Shown here: positions 18,910 through 28,171 of the stretch, in pieces | Numbering within the stretch: position 1 is the first letter of the stretch | Layout of the letters: every line of letters starts with the position of its first letter | Assembly: GCA_964532995.1 (NCBI GenBank) | Contig: CAZHJN010000004.1 | Location: 1 to 61,309 of the forward strand | DNA: 61,309 bases | DNA from: an uncultured bacterium | GTDB lineage: Bacteria > Ratteibacteria > UBA8468 > B48-G9 > DTJG01 | Reading direction: 5' to 3' | The notes under the pieces: generated by a model | Databases searched by the model: none | The model's input: the letters and a program-made list of their open reading frames with translations, nothing else | What the model was told of the DNA's origin: nothing | Program-made: the position numbers and the translations under genes

Positions 18910-18938
18910 TTGATTGATAGATGTCTTTATAGTATAAC
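18910..18938 (+). promoter_or_regulatory. Putative sigma70 promoter of the 18957-28167 gene run
   Basis: TTGATT-N17-TATAAC, followed by a GGAGG RBS and ATG 18957. Confidence 0.55.
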
Positions 18939-18956
18939 ATCAAAAACGGAGGAACA

Positions 18957-20111
18957 ATGATAAAAAAAGAAATACCTTTTATTCCGATGGGCGGGATTTA
19001 CCAGCAGGATGATCTTGATGCAATTATAAATGTTGTGCAGGATGTTGTTAAAGGCAAAGGCGGTTTTTTCCCTTTGCCGGAGGAAAATATTTTTCAGCAG
19101 ATCTTTGCCGCGCATGAGGGAGCAAAAAAGGCTGTAGCCGTTAATTCATGTGGCACGGCTCTTGATTGCTGTATGATGGCTCTCGGAATAAAAAGTGGCG
19201 ATGAAGTAATTACAACTCCATTAACTTTCGTATGTACAGCGGGTACTGCAGTGGCAAGGGGTGCAAAGGTTGTTTTCGCTGATATAGATCCATACACTCT
19301 TAACTTGAATCCGGAAAAGGTGAGAGAAAAAATAACTGATAGAACAAAAGCAATAATACCTGTGCATTTTGCGGGTCTTTCATGTGATATGGATGCTTTT
19401 GATGAGATTTCAAAGGAGACAGGTATACCTGTGATTTATGACGCCGCACATGCAGTCGGAGCAAAATACAGAGGTGGACCTGTTGGTGGAAGAGGGAAGG
19501 CATCATGCTACAGTTTTCAGAGTAACAAGAATATGAGCTGCCTTGGTGAGGGCGGAGCAATTACCACTGATGATGAGGAGTTTGCAGAAAAGGTGAGACA
19601 GCTTAAAACATTCGGATATGTTTACGGCGAAAAACTTCGCGTTGTGAGCATAGGATTTAACTACAGGATGACAAAGGTTCAGCTTGCTGTCGGTATTACA
19701 CAGACTAAAAAGGTTGATATGGTTAACAGTATGAAAAGGGAAAGAATGCTGAAACTTAACGAATTGCTTGGCGATGTGAATGAGATAATTCTTCCGCCTG
19801 GAATAAATGAGGATCATGCGTGCCATCTCTATGTAATTCGCATCAATACCGATATTTTTCCAATAAAATCCGAAGTTTTTTCATACCATCTGAAGACTGA
19901 CTACGGTGTTCAGACAGCAAAACATTATCCTGCAATATGGGAATGGGAGGCTTTTGCAGGCCTTGGATACCATGGACATGATTGTCCTGAAGCAGCAAAA
20001 ATTTGCTCACAGGTTCTGAGTTTACCTGTTTTTCCATCAACGGGTTATGATGATTTAGAATATATTGCATGGGCAGTGAAACAGACAATCTACGATTTGA
20101 AAAAAAACTGA
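18957..20111 (+). CDS. DegT/DnrJ/EryC1/StrS family sugar aminotransferase
   Basis: Motifs AVNSCGTAL, GDEVITTPLTF, IIPVHFAG, YDAAHAVG, YSFQSNKNM (PLP Lys), GEGG, GFNYRM. Confidence 0.95.
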   Translation: MIKKEIPFIPMGGIYQQDDLDAIINVVQDVVKGKGGFFPLPEENIFQQIFAAHEGAKKAVAVNSCGTALDCCMMALGIKSGDEVITTPLTFVCTAGTAVARGAKVVFADIDPYTLNLNPEKVREKITDRTKAIIPVHFAGLSCDMDAFDEISKETGIPVIYDAAHAVGAKYRGGPVGGRGKASCYSFQSNKNMSCLGEGGAITTDDEEFAEKVRQLKTFGYVYGEKLRVVSIGFNYRMTKVQLAVGITQTKKVDMVNSMKRERMLKLNELLGDVNEIILPPGINEDHACHLYVIRINTDIFPIKSEVFSYHLKTDYGVQTAKHYPAIWEWEAFAGLGYHGHDCPEAAKICSQVLSLPVFPSTGYDDLEYIAWAVKQTIYDLKKN

Positions 20112-20121
20112 AAGATATGGT

Positions 20122-21129
20122 ATGAAAAAGATGAGATGGGCTTTAATCGGAGCGGGTTTAATTGCAAATAAAAGGGTGTGTCCTGCTATTATTTCAAATC
20201 CGTACAGTGATCTTGTTCTTATAGTTGATAAGGATATTTCAAAGGCACAGACTCTTTCAGAATTATATGGATGTGAAAACTACTCTTCTGATTTTGAAGA
20301 TGCTCTGAAAAGTAAAGATATAGACGCAATATATATCGCGACCCCGGTGTTTCTGCATGCAGGTCAAACAATTGCAGCGATAAGAGCAGGAAAGCATGTA
20401 ATATGCGAAAAACCTCTCGGCCTTGATTTCAAATCCGCATTTGAGGTTGTGATGGAAGCAGAAAAAAGCAGGGTTAAATCAACAACCGCTTATTTCAGAA
20501 GGTTCTATCCGAAGTATCGTTTCACAGAAGAATTGATAAAAAATCAGAAGTTGGGGAAACTTTTACTGGTTAGAATATGCTACCATACATGGTTTGAAGT
20601 TGAACCTGATAGCCCGATATACTGGAGAACAAAAAGGAAACTTGCTGGCGGTGGTATTATTGCAGATATGGGGTCTCATATGTTTGATGTGCTCATCGGA
20701 CTTTTCGGGTTGCCTTCAGGAGTTTTTGCAAAAATGAGAAATATTGTATTTGACTATGATGTTGAAGATTCTTCAGCCATACTTATGGAATATGAGAATG
20801 GACCTCTGATTACAGCAAGTTTCAACTGGAATTCAAAAACCTATGCCCATGAGTTTGAAATAATCGGTACAGATGCAAAAGTGAGATGGATTCCCTATGA
20901 CGGTGATAGGATTTTATTGATCACAGGCAATAAAACTGAAGAAATTGATTTACCGAATAATAAAAATGTTCATTATCCCTTAATTGAGGACTTTGTTTCA
21001 TCAATAATAGAAAACAGAGAGCCTGTTATATCAATGAGAGAAGCGGCACTGACAAATCTTTTAATAGATGCCTGTTACAGATCTTCATCTGAAGAAAGAA
21101 AAATAATTCTTAAGGAGTTTGATTTATGA
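20122..21129 (+). CDS. Gfo/Idh/MocA family oxidoreductase
   Basis: Motifs IGAGLIA, IATPVFLH, HVICEKP, GGGIIADMGSH. Confidence 0.93.
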   Translation: MKKMRWALIGAGLIANKRVCPAIISNPYSDLVLIVDKDISKAQTLSELYGCENYSSDFEDALKSKDIDAIYIATPVFLHAGQTIAAIRAGKHVICEKPLGLDFKSAFEVVMEAEKSRVKSTTAYFRRFYPKYRFTEELIKNQKLGKLLLVRICYHTWFEVEPDSPIYWRTKRKLAGGGIIADMGSHMFDVLIGLFGLPSGVFAKMRNIVFDYDVEDSSAILMEYENGPLITASFNWNSKTYAHEFEIIGTDAKVRWIPYDGDRILLITGNKTEEIDLPNNKNVHYPLIEDFVSSIIENREPVISMREAALTNLLIDACYRSSSEERKIILKEFDL

Positions 21130-22412
21130 ATTCATTTCCACCAGCACCACCTAATGATTTTTATTTTTTTATAAAAACATACTATGAAATGTGCAGAAGC
21201 AGGTTCTCTAAAATAGATGCAATTGCAGGAAAATGGGAGTTCGAAGATTTAATACCCGGATTGAGCGATTTTGACAGCAGGTTTATATGCAATAACGACA
21301 TGAGCAGCCAGGACTGGTGTGATATGTCAATGGCTGTCGGTAGTGTCCATTTAGAACTGTGCAAAAAATTTCCACAATGGATAAGAATACTTGAGCATCT
21401 GCCTGGAATTAACATAACGTGGCAGGAAATGACCGATGAATTCACATATTACCCTGAATATATGCAGTGGAGTTTTTATCACACCTCGGATGAAAAAAGG
21501 ATGAATCAGGCAACTGAAAAACTTGGTTTGAGAAAGTGGGATAAAAAGGATGAATATTTTCACCTCAAAAAATTTCTTACTTACTACGGTCCGTATGACA
21601 GAAATATTGACATTCCAATAAACCTTGGTGCATATGCGGTGAAGTATCCGCTTCATAGTAGAATTATGCATTATTTCAATCCTCCTGTTCAGTCTGCAAT
21701 TTCTTTAATTAACAGAACTGCAGTGAGGGGGAAAAAAGAAGCTTTTCGCCTTGCAGATGAAAAGTATCCCCATTGCAGGATATTCAGGGATTTGCTCGAA
21801 CTTGTTGAAAAACATTATGAAGAACCACAGCTTTATGAACAATCCGCTCTTTTTTTTCTTGAGGGAAGAATGTTTGGTATTCTTGAGACACTTGGTGAAG
21901 AAATTTCAGAAAATCTTACTTTGTTTCAGGATGCCGGAAAAAGGACTGTTCCTGAATGGAAAGAGATCCTGAGAGAAATAAACCAGGATGCATCCATATC
22001 CATTTTTGAAAATACAAAATTTTCAAGACTTATGAAGGGAAGGTTGTTTTTTTATGTAAACGCACCTGATTATTTTGACAGCATTGCGTTGATAAGAAAT
22101 GAACTGAACCGCATAGGAAAAAATTTCTTCATTGAACCTTTTTCAATATTCTGGAAATTAAAGACAGGAGAAAAAATTCATGATCCATCCATTATACTTA
22201 AAGATTTATCACACTTTTTGACACAGGATGAGATTGATTGTGCTTTACAATTCAGTGAACTTACAGATCTTGATTACAGGGGCAAAGAAAAAGAAATTGC
22301 GAAAAGCATTATTGAAATCTATGATGGTTTTTACAGCGCTCTTCACAGAATAACTGAAATTGTGAAGGAAGATTACTTAAAGAAAAATGAAAGTCAGAGC
22401 GTATCAATTTAA
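21126..22412 (+). CDS. Hypothetical protein with pol-beta-type nucleotidyltransferase-like motif
   Basis: 428-aa ORF inside the gene run; IAGKWEFEDLIPGLSDFDSRF resembles the hG[S]x9-13DxD NTase signature. Confidence 0.6.
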   Translation: MNSFPPAPPNDFYFFIKTYYEMCRSRFSKIDAIAGKWEFEDLIPGLSDFDSRFICNNDMSSQDWCDMSMAVGSVHLELCKKFPQWIRILEHLPGINITWQEMTDEFTYYPEYMQWSFYHTSDEKRMNQATEKLGLRKWDKKDEYFHLKKFLTYYGPYDRNIDIPINLGAYAVKYPLHSRIMHYFNPPVQSAISLINRTAVRGKKEAFRLADEKYPHCRIFRDLLELVEKHYEEPQLYEQSALFFLEGRMFGILETLGEEISENLTLFQDAGKRTVPEWKEILREINQDASISIFENTKFSRLMKGRLFFYVNAPDYFDSIALIRNELNRIGKNFFIEPFSIFWKLKTGEKIHDPSIILKDLSHFLTQDEIDCALQFSELTDLDYRGKEKEIAKSIIEIYDGFYSALHRITEIVKEDYLKKNESQSVSI

Positions 22413-23520
22413 AAATTCAATTTTTTCAAACTGGTATACAGGGGTTGTCAACAGATGGCATTACAACGATTTCATAAATGACAGTAAATGGAAAAACGGC
22501 TGGATCAGTTTTGACTGCTGCTATTATTTGAATGCGTCAGAAATACTCTATCTTGGGCTTACATCTTTCAATTCTGAAATATTTCTGGGTTTTGACACAG
22601 TGAGAAAAACTTTTTTCTCATGCGGTTATGAGCGGATTAAAAACAGATATGATGCAAAGTTTCATCGTTCTCTTGAATTTTTTGAAAAAGATGGTTGTTT
22701 GTATGCGGCAGTGGCACAGCTTCATGACATTGACCGTTATTATGATGCACCGGGAGGAGCAATAGTGAGGTATAATCCTTCCAATAATGATATAAAAAAA
22801 ATTTGCACCCCGTATCCGCATTCATATATTCAATCAATATGTCTTGACCGAGACAGAGGAATCATATACGGGATTACATTAATACCCGAAAGACTTTTCA
22901 GTTATGAAATTTCCTCAGGTACTGTATCCGAACTTGGAATTGTCGGGAGCTGCCACAGTATTGCCCAGGGAGAAAATATTGAAATTGATAATGAGGGATG
23001 TGTATGGTGCGGATGGAACATAATGAGGCCATGGCAGAGTCATCCGGGACCTGATGCAGATAGATTGTGTAAATATGATCCTGAAAGAGGAAAAATTATC
23101 TATTTTGAAAAAGGTCTTGAAAATCCCTTCGGAGAAGGATTTGTAAAGGTTGAGGGTATTTTCAATCTTGATGGCAAACTTTTTGCAAGTGGCGGAAATG
23201 GATCAATATATGAAATAGATACAGAGACCGGACACGGGTCCTATATATGCACACCGATAAAGGATAAAAAAAGCCGTCTTGCTTCTCTCCGCATGGCTCC
23301 GGATGGATACGCGTATGGAATCACAGGTAGAGACGGGCACTGTGAACTATTGAGGTTTGATCCTGTGAAAAAGGAGTTCAGATTGCTCGGGGAAATTGTG
23401 GATGGGAACGAACGATGCTGGCAGGTTCATGATATATCAATTACACCCGAACTTGTGATATACGCATGTGAAAATGATAACCCGTACAGGGCGGGTTATC
23501 TCTGGGAAATAATCTTATAA
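22387..23520 (+). CDS. Beta-propeller hypothetical protein
   Basis: Recurrent blade-like segments (IVRYNPSN, LFSYEISSG, LCKYDPERG, IYEIDTETG, LLRFDPVKK). No signal peptide. Confidence 0.7.
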   Translation: MKVRAYQFKNSIFSNWYTGVVNRWHYNDFINDSKWKNGWISFDCCYYLNASEILYLGLTSFNSEIFLGFDTVRKTFFSCGYERIKNRYDAKFHRSLEFFEKDGCLYAAVAQLHDIDRYYDAPGGAIVRYNPSNNDIKKICTPYPHSYIQSICLDRDRGIIYGITLIPERLFSYEISSGTVSELGIVGSCHSIAQGENIEIDNEGCVWCGWNIMRPWQSHPGPDADRLCKYDPERGKIIYFEKGLENPFGEGFVKVEGIFNLDGKLFASGGNGSIYEIDTETGHGSYICTPIKDKKSRLASLRMAPDGYAYGITGRDGHCELLRFDPVKKEFRLLGEIVDGNERCWQVHDISITPELVIYACENDNPYRAGYLWEIIL

Positions 23521-23531
23521 AAGGAGTAACG

Positions 23532-25142
23532 ATGAAAATCAGTATTGCCGGAAAGAGCTGGAGGAGGCTTTTTGTGGCAGATATAATTAAGCGACTCGGG
23601 ATTATTGCACCAATCGGGCAGGATATTGATTCTGAAATTATTGTAGTATGTGAAAATTTGAGCGAATCAAGGGTAGATGAACTGCTGGATTTTTCAAGAT
23701 CCGGAAAATATGTGGTATTTCTTCAGCCAGAGTCAAAAATTATAAAGCTTTTTGGAAACGAACTGATGTATACCTATCATTTTCCACTAATTCAACTGGA
23801 TTGCAAAGAAATTCCTGTTAATTTCCTGCAGGTTTTTCCTCCTGTTTCTCTGATAAAGCAAAAGAATGGAGAAAATATTGGCCTTTTTGCTCTTAATTTT
23901 TCTCGGTCCGGAGAAAACTACACAACGAAATATCCAGCAATCTTATGGAAAGATTATGGTTCAGGCAAAATAGGCATCTTTCTTTATGATTTTGTTGCTA
24001 CAATGTTGCTACTCTTGCAGGGATGGGAATTTTTCACATCTGAAGGTAATCTTTCGCGCAGTTTGAGAACAAACATTGCAAGAGCAATGCATCTGGCAGA
24101 TCATTTAATTAGCGAAAATCTTGCTTCAATTCCACAGGCTTATTTTCATGAATTGCTGCTTCTTATTTTGTTAAGAATAATGGTCAGGAAAAAGGACCCA
24201 CTTCCAAGAATCTGGTATTATCCATATCCGCACACATCGGCATTGCTGCTCAGTGGTGATAGTGACGGACTGGAGAAAAATTATCTTGAAAAAGCCTGGA
24301 ATCTTTTTTGGAAAAAAGGTCTTAAGTATACACAGTATATAATGGTGCAGGACATTGAAAAATTTTCGGCTGAAGAAATTTCCGGCCGGGCAGATGCAGG
24401 GATTGAGTTTGGTTTACATTATTATGCAGGTCCAAGCCCAACTGCTGAAGAAATGTTGAAACATATGAGAGAAGCAAAGGATGTGTTCATTTCCAGAAAC
24501 ACCAGAATCAATTTATGCAGAGGACATTCCTGTATCTGGGTGGGATGGGATGAAAATGTCCGGATCATGGAAAGGGCTGGAATTTCATATTCGTCAAATC
24601 TGCTTTACTGGTATCCTGGAGTCAGTTATGGGTTTCCATATTTCCTTTACACAAAAACAAAAAAATCAAAAATCCAGGAATTACAGATTTTCTGTTCAGA
24701 TGATACGATGCTTTTTAACAAAACAGGCAGACCGCATCATAAACCGGATACGTTTATGAAAAGTTTGATTTCGTGGCTGGACATTCACAACGATTTATTC
24801 TATCAGCCGGTAAACCCAATCTTTCATCCTTTTTATCTTGTAAAGAAACCTCTGACATCTGATGCTTTGGATGCATCAATCAATTTTGCAAAGAACAAAG
24901 ATATTTTGATAATGAACCATGGAATGTTTTTCAACTGGTGGAATAGAAGGTTGAAGTCAGGTTTAACCTATAGGGTTACAGATGATTCAGTTGAATTTTA
25001 TTCAGCAATTGAAAACACCAATGGTATTGCGGTGGCATTGCCTGAGAAATGGAAAATAAAAAATTTATCAGAGAAAAAAACATTGAAAGGTACAGCCGAG
25101 CAATTGTTTTGCCTGGAGGATAAAATAAATGAAGAAAAATAA
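23532..25142 (+). CDS. Protein with C-terminal polysaccharide-deacetylase (CE4/NodB-like) barrel
   Basis: PRIWYYP...LLLSGDSD, EFGLHY, CRGH, FHP and WW.RR motifs. The N-terminal part resembles a GATase/trimerisation-like domain. Confidence 0.62.
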   Translation: MKISIAGKSWRRLFVADIIKRLGIIAPIGQDIDSEIIVVCENLSESRVDELLDFSRSGKYVVFLQPESKIIKLFGNELMYTYHFPLIQLDCKEIPVNFLQVFPPVSLIKQKNGENIGLFALNFSRSGENYTTKYPAILWKDYGSGKIGIFLYDFVATMLLLLQGWEFFTSEGNLSRSLRTNIARAMHLADHLISENLASIPQAYFHELLLLILLRIMVRKKDPLPRIWYYPYPHTSALLLSGDSDGLEKNYLEKAWNLFWKKGLKYTQYIMVQDIEKFSAEEISGRADAGIEFGLHYYAGPSPTAEEMLKHMREAKDVFISRNTRINLCRGHSCIWVGWDENVRIMERAGISYSSNLLYWYPGVSYGFPYFLYTKTKKSKIQELQIFCSDDTMLFNKTGRPHHKPDTFMKSLISWLDIHNDLFYQPVNPIFHPFYLVKKPLTSDALDASINFAKNKDILIMNHGMFFNWWNRRLKSGLTYRVTDDSVEFYSAIENTNGIAVALPEKWKIKNLSEKKTLKGTAEQLFCLEDKINEEK

Positions 25143-26142
25143 TTTCTTTGAAGTGCGATTGGGATTTATTTATCTTGTGATCGAAAAGGGATGGGACGAG
25201 GCAATAAAAAAATATAAGGAAGAATTTGGGATTTCTGTGGATACCGCAAGAAAATGGTGGAAATGGTATGAAGAAAAGATCTGTATTTCCGAGGTGTTCT
25301 ATGAAACAGATTCAGGTCCTGAAATTCTCACCGGCATAAGAGGAAAAGCCAGGAAAATTGAAGAGTTGCCGCTTATTGTTAAGGGACCCATGAAAGTGGA
25401 ATTCGGTGGAAGGGTTTATCATATTGATAGAGAAGGTCTTTATAGATTTACCTCAATTACAAAAAGCAATAGAAATCTTATCATGATCAAAAACAGAGAT
25501 TCTGTGATGCCAATTCTGAAAGCCCTTTCATTGATCCAGATACACGGAAACAGAGATGTTTGTTTTTCTACTGAAGAAAGGAAAAAGCTTGTACTGTCAA
25601 GATACTGGATTTCACTTACCTGTGGAGATATTGCAGCTCTCACAAAGGAAATACTTTCAGATGCGGGTTTTAATTCCAGGATTGTCAGCGCAATGACAGC
25701 AGAACAGTGGAACACATATAACAACGGGCATGTCCTTCTTGAGGTTTTCTTTCCTTCTCTGTCAGGATGGGTTCTTGTTGATATTGATATGGGTTATATT
25801 TTTATGCATGATGGCAGGGTTATAGATGCCATTACATTCTGGGGGTGTGTCAGGGAAAACAGGCAGGTTGTTTTCGTTCAACTCTCAAACAAGGAAGTTG
25901 ATCCACTGTGGATTGAAAAAAATGGATTCTCATATGCTTTTATGTGGAGAAGAATAGTGAAGGATATCAACTCAAAATGGATGTGGTACAGAAGAATATT
26001 TCAGACTTTTGGATTCAAGGACGGGGATGAATTTGTGTATCTTGCTGAAGGAAAAGAAAGCAGAAGGGTCTATGAGTACAGGGGGCATTACGCAAAAACC
26101 ATGGATGAAAAAAGATTCAGGAAAAAGTTCTATCAGGAATAA
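25129..26142 (+). CDS. Transglutaminase-like protein with N-terminal HTH-like segment
   Basis: Cys-His-Asp motifs SLTCGDIA, GHVLLEVF, WVLVDID; N-terminal EEFGISVDTARKWWKWY. Confidence 0.68.
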   Translation: MKKNNFFEVRLGFIYLVIEKGWDEAIKKYKEEFGISVDTARKWWKWYEEKICISEVFYETDSGPEILTGIRGKARKIEELPLIVKGPMKVEFGGRVYHIDREGLYRFTSITKSNRNLIMIKNRDSVMPILKALSLIQIHGNRDVCFSTEERKKLVLSRYWISLTCGDIAALTKEILSDAGFNSRIVSAMTAEQWNTYNNGHVLLEVFFPSLSGWVLVDIDMGYIFMHDGRVIDAITFWGCVRENRQVVFVQLSNKEVDPLWIEKNGFSYAFMWRRIVKDINSKWMWYRRIFQTFGFKDGDEFVYLAEGKESRRVYEYRGHYAKTMDEKRFRKKFYQE

Positions 26143-26151
26143 GGAGTGAAT

Positions 26152-27339
26152 ATGTCAAAATCTGTAAGATGGGGAATTATTGGACTCGGTCACAGAGGAA
26201 GGGCGCTTGCATATCTCTATCATTCTGTTGTTCCAAACAGCAAGGTTATTGCTGTTTGTGATAAAAAAAGGTCACTTGCAGAAAAAACAGTTGCAGTATT
26301 AAAGGATCCCGATATCAAAATCTATTCTGATTTCACAGAAATGTTAAGAGAAGAAAGAATAGATGCAGCGGGTATTTTTGTTGCACCAGAAGACAATCCG
26401 GACATCGTCTGTGAGGCACTTTGGGCAGGAAGACATGTCCTGTGTGAGGTTCCTCTATCTCTTACAATGGAAGGGTGCTGGAAGATTGTAACGACTGTTG
26501 AAAAAACCGGTCTTAAATTTCAGATGGCAGAACAGCTCAGATATGCTGCTTTTGTGAAAAGCTGGAAGAAGATGGTTGAAGAAAATATGCTTGGAAAGAT
26601 TCTTTACTGTGAGGGGCAGTATCTTCATGGAATGGGTCCTGATAGATACTGGATGGATCCTGGGACAGGAGAGAGAATTTCCATTGAAGAGGCAGAAAAA
26701 GGTGGTATTGCTATGGAAAAGACAAGGTTCTGGAATCTGAGGCATCCAATTTATTACCTGCCTCATGAACTCAGTCCTCTTCTTCATATTCTTGATGACA
26801 GGGTTGTAAAAGTTGTTGGAATGTCAACGAGGTCTCCATCTTACAGATACCAGTGGTTCCCTCAATCGGATCTTGAGGTTGCTCTCATGCATACAGAAAA
26901 GGATACCATTTTGCGTTTGATGGCTGGATTTATCGTGGAGACACTTACCGGCAGTGAACACTGCAACCGCATGATTGGAACAAAGGGATGGGTTGAACAA
27001 CCGAGAACAAAATCAGAAAAAGGAAAAATGTGGCTATCGCAGTATTATTTTTCTGACAGGTTGGATGCTGAATGGAACTATTCCAGTTACTGGGAGTTTC
27101 CATCTGCTGCAAGAACAACAGGTCATGGTGGGCTTGATTATTATCCGATTTCAAACATGGTGGAAGCGATTTTGTTTGATAAACCTGTCAATATGGATGT
27201 TTACAGAGCGGCTGATACAGCAGCACCTGCAATTCTTGCCGGTATGTCAATAGAAAGAGGCAATGTCCCTTTTGATGTTCCTGATTTCAGGCCTGGAAAC
27301 AGAAGAAAATGCGGACAGATGCCTGAAAAATTATTCTGA
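26152..27339 (+). CDS. Gfo/Idh/MocA family oxidoreductase (GH109-like subgroup)
   Basis: Motifs IIGLGHRG, HVLCEVP, EGQYLH, YYLPHELSP, GHGGLD. Confidence 0.88.
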   Translation: MSKSVRWGIIGLGHRGRALAYLYHSVVPNSKVIAVCDKKRSLAEKTVAVLKDPDIKIYSDFTEMLREERIDAAGIFVAPEDNPDIVCEALWAGRHVLCEVPLSLTMEGCWKIVTTVEKTGLKFQMAEQLRYAAFVKSWKKMVEENMLGKILYCEGQYLHGMGPDRYWMDPGTGERISIEEAEKGGIAMEKTRFWNLRHPIYYLPHELSPLLHILDDRVVKVVGMSTRSPSYRYQWFPQSDLEVALMHTEKDTILRLMAGFIVETLTGSEHCNRMIGTKGWVEQPRTKSEKGKMWLSQYYFSDRLDAEWNYSSYWEFPSAARTTGHGGLDYYPISNMVEAILFDKPVNMDVYRAADTAAPAILAGMSIERGNVPFDVPDFRPGNRRKCGQMPEKLF

Positions 27340-27345
27340 TATTGA

Positions 27346-28167
27346 ATGCTTAAGAAAGAGGATTTCAGATACAGAAAAATTTGTGCTGGAAGGTTTTGTG
27401 GATACGGTAAAAAATCATATGTTCCGTACTTCCATCATTCGGCAGCAGAGATTCAGCTGTTTCTATATGGTTCCGGCAGGTACTTCATAAAAGATACAAC
27501 CTACAGGATTGGCAGGAATTCTCTGCTTGTTGTTCATCATAATGAAATCCACAGGTATCTTCCCCATCCCGGGAAGAAAGTTGAAAGATTGAATCTTGTT
27601 TTCACTCCATACTTTATAAGAACCCGACCGATTATAAAAAATATTGTGGATAAGAAGCTTGCAGGTTTTTATCATGTTGTCCTGCCTGAAAAAGAAGCAA
27701 CAATTGTCAGGTTTTTAATGGAAAACATCATAAATGAGCTGACTTCAAAAGATGAATACTGGGAAGAGTCCAGCCTTGACAGTCTGGAGAAGATATTGAT
27801 TATTGTTGACCGGGTTAAAGATAAAAAACAGACTGAAAAAACTGCATCTTCTCTGATAAAAAGGATCATTGATTATATTGACATTCATTTCAAAGATGGA
27901 ATAGACCTGAGGCAGCTGTCAGATCGGTTTAACAGGTCAATCTTCACGCTCAGCAGGGATTTCAAAAAGACGACCGGAATGGGTTTCAAAGAATATCTTG
28001 TTAACAGAAAAATTCTTGAAGCAAAAGGATTGCTTGAAACATCACAGATGAAAATAGAAAGTATATCCCGAAATTGCGGTTTTTCTGACCTTTCCACATT
28101 TAACAAAGCATTCAAACGCCTCACCGGGCTGACTCCGGCTATGTACAGAAAGATCAGGAATTTTTAG
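27346..28167 (+). CDS. AraC family transcriptional regulator
   Basis: Cupin HHSAAEI...EIH domain; C-terminal LSRDFKKTTG and CGFSDLSTFNKAFKRLTGLTP. Confidence 0.95.
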   Translation: MLKKEDFRYRKICAGRFCGYGKKSYVPYFHHSAAEIQLFLYGSGRYFIKDTTYRIGRNSLLVVHHNEIHRYLPHPGKKVERLNLVFTPYFIRTRPIIKNIVDKKLAGFYHVVLPEKEATIVRFLMENIINELTSKDEYWEESSLDSLEKILIIVDRVKDKKQTEKTASSLIKRIIDYIDIHFKDGIDLRQLSDRFNRSIFTLSRDFKKTTGMGFKEYLVNRKILEAKGLLETSQMKIESISRNCGFSDLSTFNKAFKRLTGLTPAMYRKIRNF

Positions 28168-28171
28168 GAAA

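Noticed and set aside
18957-21129. O-antigen or capsule biosynthesis locus
   Set aside because: No glycosyltransferase, flippase, polymerase or NDP-sugar dehydratase/epimerase nearby.
25129-25280. Intact IS element
   Set aside because: Only an HTH-like segment; no DDE domain, terminal inverted repeats or target duplication seen.
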